A stretch of DNA of 17,855 bases, taken from positions 1 to 17,855 of the forward strand of contig NW_021824712.1 in NCBI RefSeq assembly GCF_006345805.1, read 5' to 3'. This document shows, piece by piece, positions 8,860 through 17,855 of this stretch. The first letter of the stretch is position 1; every line of letters starts with the position of its first letter. Made by a program: the position numbers and the translations under genes. Source of the stretch: Octopus sinensis. Its lineage: Eukaryota. The notes beneath the pieces were generated by a model. It did no database searches, was not told the DNA's origin, and saw only the letters and a list, made by a program, of their open reading frames with translations.

Positions 8860-9205
8860 ACATAAAAAAAACGTGAACACAACGAGAAACGAAAACATAA
8901 AAACAAAAACATAGAAACGAACTTTTTTTCGAACACCGAAAATAGCAAACATAGAAACGAGACATGCAACATAAAGAATTTTCTCCTTCATCAGTTGTCC
9001 CTGTTTCAACTACTCCGCGTTTCGATGGTAAGAACAAGACGCGACCTCGTTGAAACAGTCCTTCCCGCAAAGCAATTTAAATAAAATTTGGGATTTTTTG
9101 CGGAGGGTGAAAGTGGTAACAAGAACAGGTCAGTGAGAACAAAACAGTAAAAAAAAACGTTGAGGGTTGTTATGTCAAGACGATGGAAAAATTGTTCTGA
9201 ATGCT
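8860..9205 (-). mobile_element. Possible remnant of a Penelope-like or other interspersed repeat between TA tracts
   Basis: On the minus strand, CTGATGAAGG and CGAAACGCG boxes resemble Penelope pLTR/hammerhead motifs. A 10-bp inverted repeat is present (9001-9010 and 9049-9058). No RT or GIY-YIG coding sequence is visible. Confidence 0.3.
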
Positions 9206-9206
9206 A

Positions 9207-9250
<44 letters not shown>

Positions 9251-9307
9251 TATATATCGGTGCGAATGGTTTCTACTATGGCGCTGTATTTTACAATCCT
9301 ATAAATG

Positions 9308-9584
9308 ATAATGACGGTATTTATATAAGCTTAAAGCTTATGGCGATCACCGTGCAATGACTAAAGAAATTAGTCTAATAATGGAGCATATAAGCCCACG
9401 ACAGGGAAAAGAAGACTCTCCTATCCGTGTGGGATACGAACCCACATTCCTTTTTTAATGCGACTAAGTGTGCGGATAAGAAAACCTTCTTTTCCTGCCG
9501 AGGGCTTATATGCCTCTTTATTAGATTATTTTCCTTTGTCATTGCACGGTGATCGGCATAAGCTTTTAGCTTATATAAATATAC

Positions 9585-9590
<6 letters not shown>
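9308..9590. mobile_element. Foldback/MITE-like element with ~105-bp inverted arms
   Basis: The left arm (9308-9414) and right arm (9486-9590) are reverse complements with scattered mismatches, e.g. GCTTATGGCGATCACCGTGCAATGAC vs GTCATTGCACGGTGATCGGCATAAGC. Confidence 0.85.

Positions 9591-9645
<55 letters not shown>
9586..9645. repeat. (ATT)n microsatellite
   Basis: Direct reading. Confidence 0.97.
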
Positions 9646-9807
9646 TTAAGGATTGAGATAACTCCTCCAGAAGAGTGCCATGGTCATCTAGGGAGCCTAT
9701 TTTTTTAACCTTTTGAAGACATACGAGATGTCGAAATATCGTTCACTAGATGACAATGGCAATCTTCTTTTAATTTTAACTCTGTATTTTCTGGAGGAGT
9801 TATCAAT

Positions 9808-9808
9808 A

Positions 9809-9865
<57 letters not shown>
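9808..9865. repeat. (TAT)n microsatellite
   Basis: Direct reading. Confidence 0.97.
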
Positions 9866-9869
<4 letters not shown>

Positions 9870-10189
9870 CTATCTATATATACACACACACACACCGAGA
9901 AAGGAATGAGGATTTCTTCAAAATCATTATGAGCATTCTGTTGTAATCCACAGTCCGCTAATCATATTGACCGAGAGGAAACATTTTCATTTCGAACCGA
10001 ATTTCATTCAGTTGTGAATAAATGAATAAATACGAGAACAGAGTTTTAAATGCTGTATTCAGACAAAACTCTTTGATTTATCACATTTGAAATATTTCAC
10101 GCAAGCTAATGTAAAATCGTCGTTTTCCCTTCATACTTCAGATGTAATAACAACGCCGAAACGTCAAATTCAGTTTCTGCTCGCAGTAT

Positions 10190-10428
10190 TTATTTCGTTA
10201 TTGCCTGCGGGGGGCAAAACATAGAGGGGACAAAGAAAGAAAGTCAAAGGGATTAAGTCGATTACATCGACTCCAGTGTCTTTACGTTCTAAGTTCAAAT
10301 TCCGCCTTTCAAATTGCCTTTCATCCTTTGAGGGTCGATAAATTAAGTACCAGCTGTGTACTGGGGGCAATCTAATCGACTGGCTCCCTCCCCCAAAACT
10401 TTCAGGCCTTGTGCCTAGAGCAGAAAAT
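10190..10428. mobile_element. Two headless family A SINE fragments joined back to back
   Basis: Minus-strand type I 3' fragment at ~10190-10278 (GATTAAGTCGATTACATCGACTCCAGTG) fused to a plus-strand body with type II tail at 10277-10428 (TGTCTTTACGTTCTAAGTTCAAATTCC..GCCTTGTGCCTAGAG). Confidence 0.78.
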
Positions 10429-10819
10429 AAAAATTGCTTCATCACCGTCATAAACGATGCAAGTAGAATTTACAGTCCAAGGGAAATAAGCATGTCACAA
10501 ATATCACAAGCTTAAAGAGTTACTTCCCTTGAAAATGTCTTTCTTCCTCATTTATGAATATTTTTACATTTAGTTTACGTTTTTAAATATCATTGCTGAG
10601 TGTGAGGATTTTGAAGAAGAACAATATATTTTGCTTTGCATTTTCTTGTTTGACGATTGAGGCAACGGATGACGTATTTTATACATTCAATATTCGTATT
10701 AGAGCTTCTTATTTCGGCACAGATTTTGGCAGACGCGTGTAGGCAACTAAGAAACAATTACTGACCTTTATTTTACTGTTTTGCTTACTTCATTACATTG
10801 TCAATAGCCGTGAATCAAT

Positions 10820-10955
10820 AGGTAAAATATCCACTGTGTAACTATGTAGTCTCGGGTTCAATCCTACAGCGCGGTGCACTGGGTAAGCGTTTTTTTTTTC
10901 TCTTTGCTGTAACCACGAGCTGAGTGATACTTCGCAGACAAAAACTATGTAGAAT
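10820..10955 (+). mobile_element. Old diverged family B SINE 5' fragment
   Basis: GGGTTCAATCCTACAGCGCGGTGCACTGGGTAAG and TGAGTGATACTTCGCAGACAAAAACT weakly match the family B head and core. Confidence 0.5.
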
Positions 10956-11170
10956 CACAGATTGTTTCTGTTCTTGGATCCTAGACTTAATGTATTCCCT
11001 TGTTTAAACAATACCACTGGGTTCTTGTGTGTCTTTCACACAAGCCTAGTCACCTAAATCAGGAGAACTTCCATTTTTCTCCTCGCTTGTTCTGATTGGC
11101 TCTGAATTTACACCTCTGATTAAACCAGTGATTCTCAATTGGGATTCATATGATGCTTAGGGGTCCATAT

Positions 11171-11489
11171 TCTTCTTCTTCTTCTTCTTCTTCTTCATTC
11201 TTTTTAGCCCTTTGTGGAGCATAGGGCCGGTTTCCCGGTTTCCTTGGCGTATATGTTCCTCACCTGGACGGGACGCCGGTCCGTCGCAAGTGAGCTGCAA
11301 GATGCAGGAGGAAAGAGTGAAAGAAAGTTGCGGCGAAAGAGTCAGCAGAAGTTTCGCCATTACCTTCTGCCGGAGCCGCATGGAGCTTAGGTGTTTCGCT
11401 CATAAACACACACATCGTCCGGTCTGAGATTCGAACCCACGATCCTCGACTGCGAACCCGCTGCTCTAACCACTAGGCCATGAGCCTCC
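11171..11489 (-). mobile_element. Full-length tRNA-derived SINE, family D, with a (GAA)n tail
   Basis: Minus strand GGAGGCTCATGGCCTAGTGGTTAGAGCAG (A-box), GGGTTCGAATCTC (B-box), TCG anticodon-like loop (Arg-like). Tail is (TTC)n at 11170-11196 on the + strand. CCATAT occurs at both boundaries (11165-11170 and 11488-11493). Confidence 0.88.
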
Positions 11490-11707
11490 ATATGATCCTT
11501 AGTGATCTGTATAAGATTCTGTTAAAGCTTATAAGCAAAAAGCTGGTAATACTTCTACAATATACAAAATATTTGTTTTCAAATGCAGTTCCTAATGATA
11601 TTTAATTATAAAAATATCCCCTTTTTTACTTACATGAGGGACCAGTAGAATAAAACAGGAATCAAGGAGGTCTATAAGCAAAATATTGTTGGAGTGGCTG
11701 CGTGGTA

Positions 11708-12212
<505 letters not shown>

Positions 12213-12410
12213 AACCACAGGATTAAAGCATAATAAAAATAGAGGTAAGTCAGTGACAACGAAAAGTGGAGAGGATTTGGGGGCGCATTTCTCTTATAAA
12301 GAGTAATATACCACATACATGTGATTTTCTTTGGTGGTGGATCTTCGTCGTTGAACGAAGAGGATTTAGTTGCTGGATTGGCTGAATTATTCGGAAGGAG
12401 ACGATTGGGT

Positions 12411-12554
12411 TCAACTGCTACTTATCCTATCGAGCCCCAAAGAATGAAAGGTAAAGTAGACCTCGGCGGAATTCGAACATCAGAACGCAAAGACGGATGA
12501 AAATGCCACTAAGCGTTTTGTCCGGCATGCTAATGATTCTGCATGCTCGCCGCC
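12411..12554 (-). mobile_element. Family A SINE, 3'-truncated and diverged
   Basis: GAATGAAAGGTAAAGTAGACCTCGGCGGAATT and GCTCGCCGCC are reverse complements of the family A body and head. Confidence 0.8.
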
Positions 12555-12579
12555 TTAGAATGAGAGGACTATTAAAACT

Positions 12580-12652
12580 AGAGAGAGAGAGAGAAAGCGA
12601 GAGAGAGAGAGAGAGAGAGAGAGAAAGAAAGAGACAGACAGAGACAGAGAGA
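12580..12652. repeat. (GA)n microsatellite
   Basis: Direct reading. Confidence 0.95.
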
Positions 12653-12811
12653 CATTAAGATACTTGATGTCAAATAAGTCAGCGTCGAATCAGCGATCTC
12701 AAAACGTCTCATATCTTGAACTACCTGCTCCAAGGTTAATGTTTGTGCAATTAAACATTCCACCGACAGGAGCGCCCTTAATGAAAATTCCCAGGTGTGA
12801 TTAAAAAATAA

Positions 12812-13146
12812 TACCGGGACTCTGTCGGTTACGACGACGCGTGTTGCCGTTGATCCGATCAACGGAACAGCCGGCTCGTCGTAAAAATATAACATGCAAG
12901 TGGCTGAGCACTCCACAGACACGTGTACCCTTAACGTAGTTCTCAGGGAGACTCAGCGTAACACGGAATGTGACAAAACGGACCTTTTGAAATACAGGTA
13001 TTACATTTTTTTTTTTTGCCAAGTAAGTGGACTCAAGCAATATGAAATAAAGTGTCTTGATTAAGGACACAACGCGTCACTGAGAATCGAACTCGCGGCT
13101 TTACGATCGTGAGTCGAATACCCGAACCACTAAGCCACGCGCCTTC
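12812..13146 (-). mobile_element. Family C SINE (same head and CORE as 7463, different 3' body). A second fragment of the body follows at ~13147-13205.
   Basis: Minus strand GAAGGCGCGTGGCTTAGTGGTTCGGG (A-box), GAGTTCGATTCTC (B-box), TTGTGTCCTTAATCAAGACACTTTATTTCA core. The block TCAGCGT(A/G)ACAC..TGACAAA..CCTTTTGAA occurs twice (~12954-12990 and ~13148-13187). Confidence 0.82.
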
Positions 13147-13457
13147 ATTCAGCGTGACACAGTGTTTGACAAAGTTTTACCTTTTGAATTTTGAATTACA
13201 AGTTCAATCCGTCCTACGGGCTTCGATACAGTTTTCTTCGCAATATGACAAATGTAACAGAAATACTGAACCTATGATAAATGTTTGAGTGATACCAGTA
13301 TGGTTCTGGGGGCATTAGGGATCTGGGTACTTCTACAGGAGTGAATAGAATTCAGTAAGGTTTTAGTGAAAGCAGTATAATTTCAGCGAAGCACGGGGTT
13401 CCATGTAACGGCTCCCTTTTTTCGAAGATGCTGCCCTTGTGCTTAGATTAGAATCAA

Positions 13458-13640
13458 TGCAGCGAACTGGTAGATTCGATCGGTCGTTGGGAAAATGTCT
13501 TGTGGTGTATGTAGCGGTTCTTTGCATTCTGAGTTCAAGTCATACTGGGGCCAGCTTTGCATCATATCGCTCTGGGGTTGGTGGAATATTGTAGTAAGAG
13601 GTCGATGTAATCAGTGAAAACCCTCCCACAAATTTCTAGA
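13458..13640 (+). mobile_element. Old diverged family A SINE
   Basis: GCAGCGAACTGGTAGA head, TTCTGAGTTCAAGT B-box-like element, GGTCGATGTAATC and CCCTCCCACAAATTTC tail remnants. Confidence 0.6.
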
Positions 13641-13657
13641 AGAGTGGAGGGAATGAC

Positions 13658-13917
13658 AAAGAGAGAGAGGGGGAGAAAGAGAGAGATAGGGACGAGAGAG
13701 ATGAGAGAGGAGAGAGCGAGAGAGAGAGAGAGAGAGAGATAGGAGAGGGAGATGAGAGAGAGAAGAGAGAGAGAGAAAGCGATGAGAAAAGAAAGGAGAC
13801 GGGGATTAGAGAGAGGAGAAAGAGAGAGAAGAAAGAGAAGAGAGAAGAGGAGAGAAGAAAGAGAGAGAAGGAGAGAGAAGAGAGAGAGAAGAAGCAGAGA
13901 GAGGAGGAGAGAGAGAT

Positions 13918-13954
<37 letters not shown>

Positions 13955-14150
13955 GAAGGAGAGAGAGATAGAGAGAGAAAAGATAAAGAGAGAGAGAGAG
14001 AAAGAGAGAGAAAAGAGGGAGAAAAGAAAGAGGGAGAGAAAGGAGAAAGAGAGAAGAGAGAAAGAAAGAGAGAGAGAGAAGAGAGAAGAGAGAGAGAGAG
14101 GAGAGGAGAGGGAGAGAGAGAGAGAGAGAGAAAAGAGAGGAGGAGAGAGG

Positions 14151-14181
<31 letters not shown>

Positions 14182-14246
14182 GAGGAGAGAGGAGAGAAAG
14201 AGAGAAGAGAGAGGAGGAGAGAGGAGGAAAGAGAAAGAGAGAGGAG

Positions 14247-14290
<44 letters not shown>

Positions 14291-14313
14291 AGAGAAAGAG
14301 AGACAGAGAGAGA
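13658..14313. repeat. ~650-bp polypurine (GA/GGA/GAA) tract
   Basis: Almost exclusively G and A on the + strand. It is the source of the ORFs 13806..14378 and 13916..14359. Confidence 0.96.
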
Positions 14314-14390
14314 ACGGCTGAGAATGAGCTGCTTCGGTTTACTACATCAATTAGGTTAATGATAATTAAGTGATACAAAAACTTCTATAC

Positions 14391-14446
14391 ATTAGCATAA
14401 TTAATCCGCTGATTAATTATGCTAATACATTTGCATAATTAATCAG
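14391..14446. promoter_or_regulatory. Candidate homotypic POU-homeodomain (POU4/Brn3-like) site cluster
   Basis: Three copies of GCATAATTAATC (+, -, +) within 56 bp, plus ATGCTAAT and the octamer ATTTGCAT. Function is inferred from motif similarity only. Confidence 0.4.
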
Positions 14447-14914
14447 ATTAGGTTACACCAGCAACAACCTTGATTTCACTCTCAGATATTAATGAGATGA
14501 GCTATGCGCACGATACAGATCTAAACGAGCAGATCAATGATTAATAGCGTTCCAGCCGTGACTATCTCATCTTCACGACATATCTTGGACTACATTGCCC
14601 AATGTGTAACCTCTTTCGAATGAGTAATTTGTGAGGTTTTCATCGCTATGTCTAGCATGTCGAGCAACCACAAAAAAGTCCTATTCCGCGTTGGTTTACG
14701 CAGCCTGCATTTGTTGTTTTTTCTTGGCCCCAGTTCAACTCCTCATTGAATCAACCTTAATATTCCAATATATCTCCTAACGTTCCAATAGTGAGCATTC
14801 CGTCTTTGTATATCAAGGGTTATATTTTCGCCTTATCCATATTTAGATTATGAGACGTTTTTGCGCCGCTTATTTGGCGTCGCTGATTCGACGTTTTAGT
14901 GTTTCTCTCGTTCC

Positions 14915-14917
<3 letters not shown>

Positions 14918-14953
<36 letters not shown>
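14918..14953. repeat. (CT)n microsatellite
   Basis: Direct reading. Confidence 0.95.
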
Positions 14954-14958
<5 letters not shown>

Positions 14959-15040
14959 GAGTGTATTTGAGTCTGTGAACATATTTCTCCTTACGTAAAT
15001 GAGAATGAAAGTGTTTATGTTAATCTTGTTAACCTGTTTC

Positions 15041-15443
15041 TTATTTCTTTGTTGCCCACAAGGGGACAAACAAGGACAGACATACGGATTAAGTCGATTT
15101 TATTGACGTCAGTGCGTAACTGGTACTTATTTAATCAACCCCAAAAAGATGAAAAGCAAAGTCGACCTCGGCGGAATTTGAACTCAGAACGTAACGGCAG
15201 ACGAAATACCTATTTCTTTACTACCCACAAGGGGCTAAACACAGAGAGAACAAACAAGGACAGACAAACAGATTAAGTCGATTATATCGACCCCAGTGGG
15301 TAACTGGTACTTATTTGATCGACCCCGGAAGGATGAAAGGCAAAGTCGACCTCGGTAGAATTTGAACTCAGAACGTAACGGCAGACGAAATACCGCTAAG
15401 CATTTCGCCCGGCGTGCTAACGTTTCTGCCAGCTCGCCGCCTT
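15041..15443 (-). mobile_element. Dimeric family A SINE (full unit 15211-15441 plus 5'-truncated unit 15041-15210) inside one TSD
   Basis: TSD TTGTTAACCTGTTTC (15026-15040) and TTGTTAACCTGGTTC (15444-15458), matching at 14/15. Confidence 0.9.
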
Positions 15444-15459
15444 TTGTTAACCTGGTTCT

Positions 15460-15476
15460 GTCTGTCTCTGTCTGTC

Positions 15477-15514
<38 letters not shown>

Positions 15515-15545
15515 TCCTTCGCACTCTCTCTCATTCTGTCTATCT
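15460..15545. repeat. (CTGT)n/(CT)n microsatellite
   Basis: Direct reading. Confidence 0.92.
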
Positions 15546-15799
15546 GTATATGTACATTTCTCTACGTACACACACATGTATTTGCCTCCACCGCCAAGAA
15601 GTGCTGTCGCCCGCACAGGTTCTATGTCTTATCAGCTGTGACAAATGACTAGCGTCCAAAAAACCGCGCCTAATTTTCTCACTCCGTTTTATCTATAACA
15701 AGTTCGATCATATTAAACTCCAGTGCACACGGAACCAAACGTCTTTCAATCATTCGATAAATCATTAATCAAAGCTAGAGAATTAACAGAGTCTTTACA

Positions 15800-15960
15800 G
15801 CACTGGAAGAAAGAATGTCTTGTAGTATTTATTCCGATTCACTGCAGACTGAGATGACATCCCTTTGAGGGTCAACCTTGTCTTTTATCCTTTCGCCCTT
15901 AATGAATATTGCACCAGACCAGCATAAGGATCGACTCTGCACCTTGACTCTAGACCTGCC
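15800..15960 (+). mobile_element. Highly degraded family A-like SINE
   Basis: GAAAGAATGTCTTGTAGTATTT..GAGGGTCAACCTTGTCTTTTATCCTTTCG resembles the family A body. Confidence 0.45.
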
Positions 15961-16044
15961 TTAAAAACATTAGAAGCACACGAAGAATGCAATACACAAG
16001 GACCCTTACATTTAACTGTTGAAAATATTGATAGCCATAATTTT

Positions 16045-16177
16045 CTTTTCTACTCTAGGCACAAGGCCTGGAATTTAGAGGGAGGGGCCAGTCGATTAGA
16101 TCGACCTCAGTACGCAGCTGGTACTTAATTTATAGACCCCGAATGGATGAAAGGCAAAGTTGACCTCGGCGGAATTC
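16045..16177 (-). mobile_element. 5'-truncated family A SINE with type II tail
   Basis: CTTTTCTACTCTAGGCACAAGGCC..GATGAAAGGCAAAGTTGACCTCGGCGGAATT is the reverse complement of the body and type II tail. Confidence 0.85.
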
Positions 16178-16195
16178 AACATACTCTCTTACAAC

Positions 16196-16548
16196 TGTTT
16201 CGATTTTGCCCAAAGAGTTTAAATTCCAGTAATCAAAACGTTTTATTGGGAGAAATGTCATCCGAGGAGTAAAAAAGACCTACCGTTAGGTTATTAGATA
16301 TTATTCTTCGAAAATGTTTTAATTACTGGAATTTTACCCTAAGAGCAAAAGCGAAACACCTGTAATGGAACATGTTGAATTTTTGCAGTTCATAAATTAT
16401 ATTACCGCCACTTCTCCATTTTCTGAATTTTAATTTGAATATTTAGAAACCAAGTTTTATACTTAATTCCAATAATTAAAACATTTTATTGGGCACAATC
16501 TTGTCAGAGGTGTAAAAAAAACATCGTTAGGTTATTAGATGTTATTTA
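16196..16548. repeat. Composite inverted (~43 bp) plus direct (~85 bp, ~243-bp period) repeat
   Basis: Inverted arms 16196-16239 and 16316-16358. Direct copies ~16221-16305 and ~16465-16548, both containing TTTTATTGGG and CGTTAGGTTATTAGAT. Confidence 0.75.
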
Positions 16549-16699
16549 ATGAGTTGTTATTTAATATATATATACAGGAATGTTGGTACAGTCAGGAAAA
16601 AATCGAACTTATATATCAAATCGAACCTATATATACGTTTCTATATATATACATACATATACATATATTCTTTTACATGTTTCGGTCCTAAGGGTGTGG

Positions 16700-16784
16700 C
16701 AATACTGGAGTAGTATATATGTTATATATATATATATATATAATATATATAGAGATAGATATTATATATATATATATATGTATG

Positions 16785-16824
<40 letters not shown>

Positions 16825-16831
16825 CTATATG

Positions 16832-16870
<39 letters not shown>

Positions 16871-16917
16871 GTATGCAGATATTCACCAATATATACGCAT
16901 ACACACTGTGCTAATAC

Positions 16918-16948
<31 letters not shown>

Positions 16949-17075
16949 CATATATTATATATATATATATAGATATATACATTAATATACATATATACAT
17001 ATATATATAAAATGCATACATTACATATATACATAATAGATAATATCAACGTATGTATGTATATATGTATGTATC
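16700..17075. repeat. (TA)n/(TATG)n compound microsatellite
   Basis: Direct reading. Confidence 0.93.
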
Positions 17076-17492
17076 CTATCGCACAAGTGGGAATCATTAA
17101 AAAAAAATAACCCCATCCACAAAATCTTAACCCCACCACCAACAATATATAACAAAAAGCAAATCAACCCAGAACCCCACCTCCCGCCGTCCCCGAAGGC
17201 AAACCTAACCAAACCGGAAGAAATGAACGCTTTTTATAGTTTTCACAGCTATCTTGATTAAAGTGTTATCATAAAAAACATTCCAATATCGTATTAGCAA
17301 GCAGAGATAAAGTTCCTTCGCTGGAAGATTGCTCTACAAATTCTCTTCAGCACATTAGGGTCTTCAATGCAATTCTTCAAATATAAATGAACATTTTAAC
17401 ACCAATTATTCACCGCGTGATCAACATGGCTCTCAAATGGCAGACGATATTTCTGACAAGCAGATGTTTGTCTAATGACGTTGTTTTCTTGT

Positions 17493-17855
17493 TGTGTGTT
17501 TGCGTGTACGTGTGTGTGTGTGTGTACGTGTGTGTGCGAGTGTGTGCGTGTGTGTGAGAGTTGGCGTGTATATATATACGCAAATAATATATGATATAAT
17601 GTATATATGTTTTTGTGTGTGTGTGTGCGTGGCGTGTGTATGTATATATATATATATATATATCTATATATATATATATATATATATACTATATATATAT
17701 ATATATATACACATATATATATCACATATATATATACACATGTATACAAATATGTTATGCATGTATGCATATACACTTCTGTATTTGGTGTATAGATAGA
17801 TGTACATATATATATGTATGAATGTGTGTACATACATACATACATACATACATAC
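17493..17855. repeat. (TG)n/(TA)n/(TACA)n compound microsatellite running to the window end
   Basis: Direct reading. Confidence 0.94.

Noticed and set aside
11420-11489. Possible tRNA-Arg gene (and similar heads at 7463 and 13146)
   Set aside because: The acceptor and anticodon stems are imperfect and the head continues into a SINE body and tail, so these are SINE heads.
17100-17230. C/A-rich irregular stretch (AACCCC, CCTAACC)
   Set aside because: Not a regular telomeric array; it may be degenerate repeat or low-quality sequence and cannot be assigned.

Overview
AT-rich, microsatellite-dense animal genomic DNA. The SINE types, the Cys-loop gene and the microsatellite load suggest an octopus or other coleoid cephalopod; this is an inference and was not checked against a database. 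The only protein-coding gene I can support is the 3' end of a Cys-loop ligand-gated ion channel of the GlyR/GluCl/GABA-A-like anion-channel type. Its last two exons (2097-2488 and 4354-4551, + strand, clean AG/GT sites, matching phase) encode the end of loop C, M1-M3, a short M3-M4 loop and M4. The rest is intronic or intergenic: many tRNA-derived SINE copies from about four families (tandem, nested and dimeric), two copies of an internally deleted mariner, a hAT-like MITE invaded by two SINEs, foldback elements and long simple repeats. Almost all other ORFs in the track are microsatellite or SINE artefacts. Best leads: unusual M2/M3 residues in the channel (Arg at 15', Ala at 19', Val at the M3 ivermectin Gly), a triple POU4/Brn3-type motif cluster at 14391-14446, a SINE dimer that appears to have moved as one unit, and a ~280-bp foldback with a tRNA T-arm-like centre. 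SINE family labels A-D are my own, and repeat boundaries are approximate.
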